Source: the human T2T-CHM13v2.0 reference genome, Homo sapiens. From it: DNA of 64,000 nucleotides. Made by a program: the position numbers and the translations under genes. Location: assembly GCF_009914755.1 (NCBI RefSeq), contig NC_060929.1; one strand, written 5' to 3'. Position 1 is the first letter of the stretch. Each line of letters opens with the position of its first letter. Under the pieces are notes generated by a model that worked only from the letters and a program-made list of their open reading frames with translations, was not told the origin of the DNA and made no database searches. Below, in pieces: positions 40,000 to 53,962 of this stretch.

Positions 40000-41939
40000 C
40001 CTTGCATGTAGTTTTTGAGTAAAGAGGCATTTCACCAGATGGATATATGTCTGTTTCTCTGCTGGTCTCAGTTACACAAACTTGCACCTCACTGTCAGTC
40101 CATTCAGCTCTCACACCAGCAGGTCATTGCTGTAGAGACTGAAACAGCTGAAAAGTGCACACCTGTGGAAACCTGAAGAAACCTGGAGGAACCTGTGCGC
40201 ACGTCGGTTCCTTTGGTGGGGTCTCCCCTGACCAAATCAAATAGGCTGAGAGGGAAAACAGAAAAGTCACTCCCAAGCCTCCAGCCCAGGCCCATATCCT
40301 GGCTTGAGACTAATGTTCCAGAAGTTTCCCTTTTTGCCAGTCTCAGTCATACATTCATCTGGTTCCTTCTGTCCCTCTAGGCTCCTGAGGCCATGCTGGA
40401 ATCCTTTTAGGAATTCCAGACACCAGCTCCCAAACCCTGCACCTGCACCCTGCAGCCTCACAGCTGCAGTGGGATTGCTTTCTGAAGACGCTTTCATGAG
40501 GTTGAAGGTAAATGACTTCAGGCAGATGATTAGCCTAATTAAGCTTAATGCCTCCTGCAATTACCATGCTGGCTTTGAGGAGTGTCCCATTCCTCTCATT
40601 CAGCCTGAGGGCTGAGTAGAATCCTGATGAGGCAGGACAGGCCTCCCAGCAGGCCCGGCCCTGCCTCTGGCCTCATCCCTCTGACGGCCCCTCCCTGTGT
40701 CTGGTGGTGGGGGGGTGCGAGCCAGCTCAGGGCCCTGGGGAGCCTGACCTCCTCAAGTGCAGGCTTGGTGGTGACAGCCAGCTTCCTGCCTGCCTCACTT
40801 AGTGCCCAAGGAAGGGGGTTCAGAAACAGGGTGTTTCAGCCTTGGGGGAAGGACACAGCTCCCCAGACTTATTTGTTGAAAGGAGAAGGCGTTCCTTTAG
40901 CAATGAGATGCTCATGGTTCTCTGGAGTGCTAGAAGAGGCCTCACTGTCCCTACAAGGCTCTGTGACCATGATCGGGCACCCTCTGTCACCTCCACTGTG
41001 AAGTGGGAGGTGGGAGGTGGAGGGTGGTGAGGTCTCTAACCTCTACCGGGATCAGGCCTTGTTGGTGTTTCCCCTGCCCCCTTCCCAGGCCAGTGAAATG
41101 AGTACAGGGGAAAGCAGACGGTGTGGAAAATGAAGAAAGAAAGAAAACAAACAGCTTTGACTTATTGAGCCCTTGCTGGGTGCTAAATTCTTTGACATGA
41201 ATTGTCTCATTTAATCCTCACAGTAACTCTGCGTGGTGGGTTCCGTTATTATGCCCTCTGTGCAGGTGAGAAAACAGAGGTTTAGCAAGCTTTAAGAAAC
41301 CTCAGAGTCAACCCCAGCCCGTCTGAGTCCAGAATCTGTTCTTTCCATCCTTGTGGATGAGGCACAGGTAGATAATTAACTGCATGAACAAGTAAATGAA
41401 AAACAAAAACCAACGAAAAGCAGTCTGTACTTTACCCAGCCCAGGGCCAGCCTGGGCCAGGTGCTTGATAGGCATCTCTCTGTCTCCTTAATCCTCACAG
41501 ACATCCTGTCGGGCAGGTATAAGTGCCCCATTTTATTAATGAGAAATTAAGTGCAGATAAATCGAGCCTTTCCTGAAAGAATAAGTGGAGAACCGGCCAG
41601 TCCTGGGGCACTGAGGGATGGGGAGGCCAGGGCTCAGAACACCTGTAGCCAACGGCTCCTTGCTCTTTTGATGGTTATTTCTTTGGCAGTTTTTGCCTCT
41701 GGTTCCCTATGAATAGTCTGTTTCAGTGGGTCCCACCCCAACCTTGTAGTTAACAGTTGAGATAACTGATGTTTGGGAAGAAGCTTTTTCCTACAATTGA
41801 TACAAGGGTAACTCAGAGAGCTGGAGGGACTTTGACTAGAGGGGACTTTGAGGTCTTAAATTCAGCATTGCCTCAATCACAGGAGACCAAACTAGAATAT
41901 TACGGAGTCATAAAAGGTCAGGTGTCCAAAGTCCACAGC

Positions 41940-42150
41940 AGCAGCCCAGTGTGGTGGTCAAGAGCATGGTCTTTGGAGTCAGACTGCCAGGCGTGAACTC
42001 CAGCTCTGCCACTTGCCTGCTCTGTGGTCCCTCAGCGTTTCCACCTGTAAGTGGGTAATAATAACACTCATCTCATAGGCCTGTGGGGAGTTGTGTGCTT
42101 ATGAAGCACTTAAAACAGTTTCTGGTGCAGAGTAAGTGCTATGTAGGTGT
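41940..42150 (+). mobile_element. MIR SINE
   Basis: ggtcaagagcatggtctttggagtcagact...cagctctgccactt. Confidence 0.8.
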
Positions 42151-45100
42151 TCTTGAAATATAAACATTGAATGTCATTGAAAAATGCTTTTAAGTAATTT
42201 TGGGTATAAACTGAGCTGCAAAACTATACACATTATGCTTCTAATTTTCTTTATATGTATGCACTTATATAATTTGTAATAATGGCTATCTATGTTATGG
42301 AATTTTGGATAATTTTTATTTATTTATAACATTCTCTATTTTCTACAAGGAGCAAGAATTACTTTATAATTTAAAAAATACAAAACAAAGACTTCTCTTT
42401 CATGCTGGCCTCCAGCCCCTATTCCCATTATGAGATTGGTTCTAAATGATGAGTACTGTATTCGTCTGAAAGGCTGGGAGGTCTCGTCTGGAAACATCCA
42501 AAGGATTTGCATCTTCTGAGTGTGAGGATGTGGCCAGGAGGGTTTGCATCATGCCTGTTTGACTGCCTTGTCCACAGTGAGGATGCTTGGGGAGAACCTC
42601 TGGGTGTGGTCTGCCTTTTCCAGGGTCTCATTTCTCCTGGGTTGTCTCCAGCTCCTGCAGAAATGCTGCAGGTATCCATAGAAACAATGGACACTCTTGA
42701 TTTAGCTTACCTTAGGTACTTGCTTTTCAGAAATGAGAACATTTAACATCTTCTTCACTACCTCTACCACTGCCTGACTTTCTTGCTGGGAATTTGGCCA
42801 TTCTGAAACACATATCTTTGGAAGTGGTAGTGAACTTGGAAATTGTCCTAAGTTTGGTACCATTGTAAAGTCTCTGACTGGGTGAGATATTTCTGCACTG
42901 TCTTGGATCCCGGGAAAATGTTTATTTATTACAGTACCAGATATGAGCAGAGAAATATCTGTGGTGCCACAGAAATTACAAGTTTTAGGGAGATGGACTT
43001 CTGGCTTGGGAAGGTATTGTCAAAGAGAAGCTTGCTGGTTGAAGCCAGCATTTTACATGTTACCTATTATTTTCCAATTTAAGATTCAGCTCAAGCAATG
43101 CATATTTGAACACCCCAAATGGGCTAGATTCTTTCCTAAGCAATGCCACTGCAGAGGACTGGGAGAACAATTTCAGCCCTAGGGGAAAGAAAAAAAAAAT
43201 CTGGCCTTTCAGCAAAGGTGAACTGGCTAAAAAATCCTGAGACTGGATTTGCATTGACATGAAACTAAGTCAGGGCTGGGCCTGCTTCTGGACAGAGACC
43301 CAGTTATTTGGACTGGCTCCTGCTCTACCAGGCTTACCTTTTTCTTCCACATAAAATGTCTGCATTGTCAGGGAGGTGGTCTGGGTTGCAAGGCTATCTT
43401 GACAAGATAGGGGAGTATGTTAACTTGAGTCAAACCTGAAGTTAATTTGAGACCCCAGAAATGATAATAGTTTACTAGGATCTGATTTTTCAACATTTTA
43501 TTTTAAATAGTTGAGAAGCATTGATCTGCTGATAAATTATATCACATTTTTAATCCTCTAAGTGGACAAATAACTCCACTATACATCTGCAGAGCACCAC
43601 CAGGTCACAAAGTGACTGTGCTGTATCTATGGCAGGCTCTTTTCATCCTTGCTGCAGCCCTGTGAGCCAGCAGCATTGTCGGGTCTGTTTCACAGGTGAG
43701 AAACCAAGACTGGAGAAGGTTAAGTGGCTTGGCTACAGGTCCCTGTCTAATGAGTGGCAGACCCTGAACAAGCCCCCAGCTCCTTTGTCTCTGAAATACC
43801 CAGGATCCATTGTCATCCCTGGCACACAGGCTGTGCTTTCTTTCAGGGTCAGTGAAACTTGCCAGCAAGGGAGTTCCTTGGAAAAACAGCATCACTACTA
43901 GAGGTGTCTTTGTATCTGTGGCCTCTGAACAAATCTCCCCAACCATAAATAAGAGGTTTTCCAGGCCCAGCGAAGCTGCTTTGAACGTGTATTTGATTTG
44001 CTTTTATAGTTCAGAGGAGCAATAAAATGGCTAAAATCACCACTGTGGCAATGAATTAGAATTCCTTGCTGACGAAACCCCTAATTCTCTTCTGTTCCCT
44101 GCATACTCCCCTTCTTTACCGTGTGTCCTGCCTTGACTGCTTCTGGACTCATCTGACCCTCAAGAACTCTTACCCAGGGGACTTGGCCTAGACCTCAGGA
44201 CCTCTCAGTGTCCACTGAGTTAACATATTTCCTCCTCCTTCTCATGCCCCATGGCTGCCCTTCCAAAGGCGCTGCCTCTGAGAAGCACAGATTTCTGAAT
44301 TCACTGTATTCACTGGTTTGGTTTAGAAGGTTCTCCAGCCCCTTTCCTTCCCCTACATTCTTACACTGCTGCCCTTGAATTATCAATAGCAAAAATAGTG
44401 GACATCAAAGGTTGAATTTAATGATGACCTACTTATCAAGTTCCAAATAGATCTATAAATACAGCTGATCTCCAATCAAGGAGACCAACTCATTTCCATG
44501 CATGCATGCATGTGCCCATGCATACATCTATCCATGTGTGCACGCATTCATCCTTCATCTTCCTACTCATGGAATTTCAGCACCTGCTTGTGCCAGATGC
44601 TGTGTTAAGAGGTGAGGTATAACAGCGAGGAAGACCGTCCTGATTCTTACCTCTAGGAGGAGAGATCCTCCCAAACTTTACTCTAGAATGAGATGTGCTT
44701 CAATCAGAAAAGTGTAGGGTGCATGTTCTGTTGGTGATTGCCTTTAGAAGAAGAGCATGCATGCATCTCTGAGTGTATATGTTTTCCTGCTTCTATATGA
44801 AGTAAGCCAGCTGGAAATTGTATTAGGGAAAAAGAGAGAAATTTCTTTAGCTCAGGATTTCTTAGCAAATAGTGATTTGTTAGTTCCTAGTGGAAGCTCA
44901 TCTTGGTGACTTCAACAGGGGCCCATTTTTACTTTGGTAGGTATGTAAATCAGGACTCACCAACAGTTGAAGTAGGAGGCAGAATTGGCTTATTTATGGG
45001 GCTGACATCAGGAGATTTGAGTTGTAGTTCCACTTCTGCCACTAACTTCTGTGGGATCTGAGGCAAGTCTCCTTACATTATTCTGCCTCTGTGTCTTCAT

Positions 45101-46404
45101 TCTTAAAGTGGAGACTATACTTGTTTTCATAGTTCTTAAGAATATTATACAGATGTGAACATGTGTGTGAATTTTTAAATAAATGCAAAGCAGTTGAAGA
45201 AATGTACTTGAGTGAGTCTTTTGATAAATGGTCCAAGCTCAGAGATGTGTTCACAGCTGTTAGGACCAGCACACTTGTTGCCTTAGTTAGAGTGACATAC
45301 ACCTGGTTTGCCCAGACAGTCCTGATTCATGCCCAAACTCCTGGCAAAAGTATTAAGACTGATCCTTTATATGCTCAAGACTATCTTGATTGGGAGGAGA
45401 AATCATATGGTTTTCTTCCTATAGAGGACATGAACTAAGCAGAAGACTAACCTCTGTCTCAGTGGCACGAGTTCTGTCATGTTTTAGGTTCATCAAATGA
45501 TGGTGGTCAGAATGGGACCAGCACCAGCCTGAGATCAGTGCTTGAGTATGTATAGCTCAAGTTAGAAGTGAGCAGCTGCTGTTCTTTTCTCTCCATGAGC
45601 AATGACTCTGCAGTTAACCTAGCATGTCTCCAGGTGAGCCAGCCAATGAGGTGGTCCCAGAAAGCTGGGTCCATTGGAGGAAGGGCAGATTTCTATGTGG
45701 GGCTGCGCCTGTCTTCTCCCCCTTCCAGCCATGGCTCTGCAGTTACAGGGCACATGCTGGAGCATGCAGGTCAGTCGTGCCTGGAGGTGCAGTAACTTGA
45801 TGAGGTTGCTGCACCGTGGCCAAGACAATGACTGATAGAAGTGGCTAGGCTGAGCAGGAAATGGAGGGTGCCTTCTTCTGTCTCCATCCTCCCTCTTCTC
45901 CCAAGGCTGGCCAAGCTAGAGTGAGAGGAAATTAGTGAATTGTCACTGGTGCCTGAGGCCCCTGACATCTGTCAAATGTGAGAGGGATAGTGTGTGTCCT
46001 TTGCTGGACTTGCTGCTTCTTGGGGTGACCTGGGACATGACTTTAGATCTTAATTGGAGGAAAGAGCATGAAGGTGTCTTGTCTTGGCCCTTTATCTATG
46101 GATATCTGCCATGTTGGGCTCCTATTTGGAAACAACAGCTGGCACTTTGGACGCTGAGCTTCAATTGGCATGACCTGATATTTCCTGGAGGTGGAAGGGG
46201 CATGGGTCTTAAAGTCCTAATGTCCGAGTTACAAGTTTGGCTCACCACTGACCCACTCTGTGGCTTTGGGCTAGTTGTGCTTCTTCCCCAAACTTGTTTT
46301 TCCATCTCTAACTTGGGATTAATTTTTACCCCAGTGATCTCATACCACCTCATCTATCCCTCACTCAGGAGGTTAAGGAGCTTTGTGAACTCACAAGGTT
46401 ACTT

Positions 46405-46760
46405 TATTTACTCACTGAGTATACACTGAGCACCTGTCATGTGGCAGCATGTGGAGGGTGCCAGGAATACAACTGACTGAGACAATCATAGCCTTGGCCC
46501 TCATGGAGCTGCTGTTTCATGAGAAGAGATTAATGATGAACGACTAAATAAACCGGCAAATAAAATAGATCCCACTTTAAATAGTATGAAGAAAACATAC
46601 AAGTTCTGAGATACATACAGGTGCCTGAGTGAGGGAAGGGGTACTGTTCAGATGAGGTGATTGGAGAAGCCTCATCTCCGAGGGTGACTTTTATACAGAG
46701 ACCTGAACATGACCAGACAGCTGTGTAGAGTTGCAGAACCATATTCCAGACAGAAGGACG
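46405..46760 (-). mobile_element. L2 3' fragment
   Basis: actgagcacct...gccctcatggagct...gagacctgaa...atattccagacagaagg. Confidence 0.65.
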
Positions 46761-46849
46761 CAGAATGAGTTCCATTGACATCTCTGGCAGGTGGTTTACA
46801 AATCTTCCTTACAAGGATCATGGGAAGTAACCTGAGACCACTGGGTTAC

Positions 46850-47170
46850 AGATTAACCCATGTCTAAGATAGGTAAGTGGAAAAAGCAAAGCACAGAACA
46901 AGCTGCATAACTTATTATCATCTATATAAAAAGAGAATACGTGTACATTCATATATGCTTGTATATTTGCAGATATCTCTAGAAGGATATACCAGAAATT
47001 AGTGGTTATAGGTAAAAAGGGAGTCTTGGGGCCTATGGTGAAAAAGAGACTCACTTTTAATTGCACATCTATTTTTACTGTTTGATTTTTTAAACCACGT
47101 GCATATGCTACTTTAGAATAAGCTCACTTTTATAAAAATATGTATACTTATTTAAAGTAAATGTTTGTAG
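46850..47170 (+). mobile_element. Old L1ME-type 3' end
   Basis: taagtggaaaaagcaa...tctagaaggatataccagaaa...tttttactgtttgatttt. Confidence 0.55.
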
Positions 47171-48369
47171 GCCATTTGGTAGCAAAAGCAAGACAGGTAT
47201 ATGGGAACATGGGTGTGTGTGGAATTTCCCAGGTGCCAGGAAAACAAGCCAGGTCTGGAACTGAGCAGTGCCTGGGGCCAGCTCCAGCATGGAGAGCCCA
47301 GGAAAGGGGGGCACGGTGACCCTAGGCATCCATCCACACATGCACAGACATATTTCCGTGGCCTTTCTTCTCACTACACCTGACGGGGGTGCCCATCTCC
47401 CCTCTCTTGTACTTCTGCTTAAACTCAATAAATGTGTTTATTTGGGCTTGAAAAATCACAGCCCCAACCCTCACATATGTGCTGACTTTTAATATAATTA
47501 TTTATGTGCACATTCGATTTTTTTTGCAGGATTAACCCCTAGGGCTCCTGCCACAGAGCCTCATGCCTCATGTAGTATTTAATATGTGGAACATATATAA
47601 CAAATATTTACTTGCCCTGATAGGTTATTTATTTTTCCCTTTCCATGTCCTTTCCAGGGTAGTGAAGACATTGACAGCAATAATTTCATCAGATATTAGG
47701 ATGAAAACTTCTAGTAAGTTTATAGAAAGCCAATTGAATTATTGTGGAATGAGGTGTTGAGGTTAATTTAATCTTCAATTTTACTGTCTGGTTTACTCCC
47801 TTTCTGTTGTTGAACTTCCAAAAGCATGATTATGTTTACTTTCCTGCCTAAAACTTCAGTACTTGGAATCCTCTCCTCTCCAGAACAGAGCTGACAACCA
47901 CTGAATAAAGGGAAAAGTTTAGTGAGCAGGTAAAATCATCCAAAGTTTACCATATAATAAGACTTTAATCTTACTCATATAGAAAATGCTTTCTCAGAGC
48001 TTATTCTCACTTTATACATAACTTTAGTGAGTAGAATTTTCTAATTTAGAGGAATAAGCAGATACTTTGACATTAGCAAGACATGACAGCCTAATAACAT
48101 AGAAAAGACTTACAAAGCGCAGAAACTCAATTTCAAAAAACATAGTGTTGAGGGATGGATTAATAAAGGTGGGAGTGTTCCATGTGTCTGGAAACATTAC
48201 AGTAATAGTTGTACAATCAATGATTCTGAATCTTCAATGTAAATTATGTTCTAAATCTGTTTAAAGAAGACAGAAGCCAAGCAACAAATTTTAGAAAGAT
48301 GTTTTAAAATTAGAAATGGTTAAAAATTGTAAATGCTACGGTGCAAAGAATGTTTTCTTAACACTTGTC

Positions 48370-48890
<521 letters not shown>

Positions 48891-51800
48891 CTAACAACCA
48901 ACATTGTAGAAAATAGGGAAAGAATAGAGATATTCCTATTAAAAGCAACAATGTGATAAGAATGTTCCCCCTTATTCCAACCTCTGCTACTTAATATGAT
49001 TTCATGCAATAAGGCATGGAACCCAACAAAAGACACAGCTGTTGAAAAGAAACGGAATTGTCATTATTTAAAAATTATGTAGTTGCCTTCCAAGAAAACT
49101 TAAGAACATTGATAGAAATGTTATTAGCATTAATAAGAGAGTTCATTAAGGTGCCCAGGCAACATGAACGGTTTATATGCTGTGGCTTTCCTATGTATCA
49201 ATATTAGCCACTTGAAAATGCTATAATACAAAATATTTCATTTTAATTGTCTAACATATAAAATACCTAAAATAAGCAGAATAAAAAATAAGTTGGACAA
49301 ATTTTAAAAATTACAAAACATTGCTGAAAGTCATTAAAGATTATTTGAATTGGTGGAAAAGAATACCATGTTTATGAATTGGAAGACTGCATATTTTCTA
49401 ATTGATGCCTACTATTTTACATATTTATGGGGTACATGTGATACTTTGCTGAATGCATAGAATGTATAATGATCAAATCAGTGTTGTTGGGGTATCTATC
49501 GTCTTGAGGATTTATCATTTCTGTGTGTTGGGAACATTTCAAGTTCTCTTTTCCAGTTACTTTGAACCATACAATTTATTGTTCTTAACTTTGCTACTGA
49601 ACATTAGAACTTATAACTTCTATCTATCTGTATCGTCTGTCCCCATTGACCCACCTCTTTTCATCTCTCCACCCCTGCCCTGCCACGTACACACCCTTCC
49701 CAGCCTCTGGTATCTATCATTCTACTCTCTATCTCCAGGAGATCAACATATTTAGCTCCCACGTATGAGTAAGAACAATGTGAAATTTGTCTTTCTGTGT
49801 CTGCCTTATTTCACTTAACATGATGACCCCCAGTTCCACCCATGTTGCTGCAACTTATAGGATTTCATTCTTTTGTGTAGCTGAATAGTATTCCATCTTC
49901 TTCATGCATTTGTGGTTTATGCATATGTGGTTTAGTATACCACGTTTTCTTTATGCATTTGTCCATTGATGGACCTTAGATTGATTCCATATCTTGGTAT
50001 TTGTGAATACTGCTGCAATAAACATGTGAGCACATATATCCCTTTGATATACTGATTTCTTTTCCTTTGTATGAATATCCAGTAGTTGGATTGCTGAATT
50101 ATATGGAAGTTTTATTTTTAGTTTTTTGAGAAATCTTCATACTGCTTTCTATAGTGCCTGTACTAACTAATTTATGTTCCTACCAACAGTGTATGAGTAC
50201 CGTTTTTTCCATATCCTCACCAGCATCTGTTATTTTTTGTCTTCTTAATGATAGCCATTCTAACTGGTCTAAGATCATATCTCATTGTGGTTTGACTTGC
50301 ATTTCCCTGGTGATTAGTGATGCTGATCATTTTTTCATATACCTGTTGTCTATTTGTATTTTTTTGAGAAACGTCTATTTAAGTCCTTTGCCCACTTTTT
50401 AATGAAAATATTTTTTGTTTGCTTGTTTTTTAATGCTGAGTTGTTTGAGTTTCTTGTATATTGTAGACATTAGTCCTTTATTGGATGAATACTTTGCAAA
50501 TATTTTATCCCATTTTAACAGAGTGCCTCTTCACTCTGTTGGTTGTTTACTGTGCAGAAGCTTTTAAGTTTATTATAATTTCATTTGTCTATTTTTGTTT
50601 TTGTTGCCTGTGGTTTTGCAGTCTTAGCTATAAAATCTTTGCCTAGGGCCAAAGTCCTGAAGTGTTTTCCCTATGTTTTCTTCCAGTGGTATTATAGTTT
50701 CAGGTCTATATTTAAGTCTTTACTTAATCTTGAGTTGATTTTTGTACATGGTGAGAGAGGGGTCCACTTTCATTCTTCTGAATATCCAGTCTATGGATCT
50801 ATGGATATCCACTCTTCTCAGCACCATTTACTAAGGAGGGTATCCTTTCCCCAGTGTATGCCCTTGGCACCTTTGTTGAAAATCAGTTGACTGTAAATAC
50901 ATGGGTTTATTTTTGGATTCTCAATTCTGTTCCATTGGTCTATGTGTCTGTTTTTACACCAACCCCATGCTATTTTGGTTACTGTAGCCTTGTAATATAT
51001 TTTGAAGTTAGGTGGTGTGATGCCTCCAGATTTGTTTCTTTTGTTCCAGAATTCTTTGGCTATTCAGGCTCTTTTATGATTCCATATGAATTTTAGGATT
51101 GTTTTTTCTATTTATGTGAAAAATGACATTGTTATTTTGATGGTGATTGCATTGAATCTGTAGATTGCTTTCGGCAGAATGGTCATATTAATAATATTAA
51201 TTCTTCTAATTCATGAGCCTGGGATGTCTTTCCATTTGTTGTGTCCTCTTCAATTTCTTTCACCAGTGTTTTGTAGTTTTCCTTGTGGAGATCTTTTACC
51301 TCTTTGGTTAATTTTATTTGTAGGTATTTTATTTTTTGTAGCTATTGAAAATAGGATTGTCTTCTTGATTTCTTTCTTAGCTAGTTCCTTGAAACACTAC
51401 TGATTTTTGTATATTGATTTGTTACTCTACAACATTACTGAATTTATCAGACTTAAGAGTTTTTGGTGAGTCTTTTCTAGATATAATATCATATTATATG
51501 CAAACAAGGACAATTTGACTTTCTCCTTTCCAGTTTGGATGTCTTTTATTTCTTTCTCTTGCCTGGTTGCTCTAGCTAGGACTACCAGTACTGTGTTGAA
51601 TACGAGTGGCAAAAATGGGCATCCTTGTCCTTCCCCCAATTCAGTATGCTCTTAGCTGTGGGTTTCTCATATATGACCTTTATTATGTTGAGTTATGTTC
51701 CTTCAAATGCTTAATTTGTTGATAGTTTTATCCATGAAGGGATGTTGAATTTTATTAAATTATTTTCCTTCACCTATTGAAATGATCATATGTTTTTTTC

Positions 51801-51892
51801 CCTTTTATTCTGTTCATGTGATTTACCACATGTTTGATTTTGTATATTGAATTATCCTTGAATCCCTGGGATAAATCCCACTTGATCACGGT

Positions 51893-52272
51893 TGATATGG
51901 TTTGGATTCGTGCCCTTGCCCAAATCTCATGTCAAATTGTAATCCTTAGTGTTGTAGGAGGGCCCTGGTGTGAGATGATTGGAACATGGGACCAGATTTC
52001 ACCCTTTCTGTTCTCGTGATAGTGAGTTCTCATGAGATCTGGTTGTTTAAAAGTGTGTAGCACCTCCCCCTTTTGTCTCTTCCTCCTGCTTCAGCCATGT
52101 AAGACGTGCCTGCTTTCTCTTCACCCTCTGCCATGATTGTAAGTTTCCTGAGACCTCCCAAGCCATGCTTCCTGTGCAGCCTGAAGAACTGTGAGCCAAC
52201 TAAACCTCTTTTCTTTATAAATTACCCAGTCTCAGTTATTTCTTTATAGCAGTATTAGAACAAACTAATATA
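51893..52272 (+). mobile_element. MSTA-type MaLR 5' LTR
   Basis: tgatatggtttggat...cccaaatctcatgtc...ataaattacccagtctcag...actaatata. Confidence 0.9.
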
Positions 52273-53924
52273 GAAAATTGGTACTGAGAAATAGGGCATT
52301 GCTATAAAGACACCTGAAAATGTGGAAGCAACTTTGGAACTGGGTAATGGTTGGAACACTTTGGAGGGCTCAGAAGAAAATAGGAAGATGAGGGAAAGTT
52401 TGGAACCTCCCAGAGACTTGTTAAATGGTTGTGAACAAAATGCTGATAGTGATATGGACAGTGAACACCGGGCTGATTAGGTCTCAGATACAGGTGAGGA
52501 ACTTAATGGGAACTGGAGCAAAGGTCACTTTTGTTATGTGTTAACAAAGAGGTTGGTGGCATTGTGCTCCTTCTCTAAGAATCTGTGTAACTTTTAACTT
52601 GAGAATGATGATTTAGGGTGTCTGGTAGAAGAAATTTCTAAGCAGCAAAGCATTTAAGATATGGCCTGGCTACTTCTAATACCATATGCTCACATAAATG
52701 AGCAAAGAAATGACCTGAAACCAGAACTTACATATTTAAAAGGGAAGCAGAGGGTAAAAGTTTTGGAAAATTTGCAGCCCGGCCGTATGGTAGAGAAGAA
52801 AAACCCATTTTCTGGGGAGGAATTCAAGCCAGCTGCATAGTTTGCATAACTGAAGTTTGCATAACTGAAGTTTGCATAACTGAAAGGAAAGCAAGTATTA
52901 ACAGCCAAGACAATGGGAAAAAGTCCCTGAAGGCATTTCAGAGACCTTTGAGGCAGCCCCTCTCATCCCAGGCCAAGAAGCTTAGGAGGGAAGTGTGGTT
53001 TTATGGGCCTGCCACAGGGCCCTGCTGCCATATGCAGCCTTGGGGCACTGCTGCCTGCATCTCAGCTGCTCCAGCTTCAGCCATGGCTCAAAGGGTCCCA
53101 GGTACATGGGCTGCTGCTTCAGAAGGTGCAAACCATAAGCCTTGGAGGCTTCATCTTGGTGTTAAGCCTGTGGGTGCACAGTGCAAGAGTTGAGACTTGG
53201 GAGCCTCTGCCTAGATTTCTGAAGATGTATGGAAAAGCCTAAATGTCCAGGCAGAAGACTGTCGCAGGGGCAGAGCCCTCATGGAGTACCTCTACTAAGG
53301 CAATGCAGAGGGGAAATATGGGGTTGGAGCTCCCACATGGAGTTTCCATTGGGGGACTACCTAGTGGGGCTGTGAAAGGAGTTTCACCGCCCTCCAGACC
53401 CCAGAATGGAAGCCACACTGACAGCTTGTACCGTGCACCTGGAAAAGCTGCAGACACTCAGTGCCAGCTCTTGAGAGCAGCCATGGACACTGAGCCCTGC
53501 AGAACCACAGGAACAGAGCTGCCCAAGGCCTTGGGAAAATACTCCTTGCATCAGTGTAGCCTGGATGTGAGACATGGAGTCAAAGGAGATTATTTTGGAG
53601 CTTTAAGATTTAATGACTGCCCTGGTGTGTTTCAAACTTGCATGTTTCAAACTGTAGCCCCTTTCTTTTGGCTGATTTCTCCCTTTTGGAATGGGAGCAC
53701 TTACCCAATGCTTGTACCACCATTGTATCTTGGAAGTAACTAACTTGTTTTTGATTTTACAGGCTCATAGACAGAAGGGACTTGCCTTGTCTCAGATGAG
53801 ACTTTGGACTGTGGAATTTTGAATTAATGCTGAAATGATTCAAGACTTGGAGAACTGTTGAAAAGGGATTATTGTATTTTGCAATGTGAGGAGAACATGA
53901 GATTTGGGAGGGGTCAGAGTGGAA
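52273..53924 (+). mobile_element. MST/THE1-type MaLR internal region
   Basis: gaaaattggtact...aaaatgtggaagcaactttggaactgggtaa...; ends in a polypurine tract gatttgggaggggtcagagtggaa. Confidence 0.9.
52839..52883. repeat. Perfect 15-bp tandem repeat x3 (AGTTTGCATAACTGA)
   Basis: Direct read; appears as FSYAN repeats in ORF 52690..52908(-). Confidence 0.95.
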
Positions 53925-53962
53925 TGATATGGTTTGGATTTGTGGGAGAACGAACTAATACA
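53925..53962 (+). mobile_element. Collapsed MSTA 3' LTR (38 bp, both termini only)
   Basis: tgatatggtttggatttgt joined to gggagaacgaactaataca, followed by resumption of the L1. Confidence 0.85.

Noticed and set aside
52839-52883. Short direct repeats as a possible CRISPR array
   Set aside because: Head-to-tail 15-mers with no spacers and no cas genes, in eukaryotic DNA.
53243-53743. 166-aa ORF in the MaLR internal region
   Set aside because: Remnant of the decayed MaLR internal ORF, broken by upstream stops and frameshifts; no evidence of domestication.
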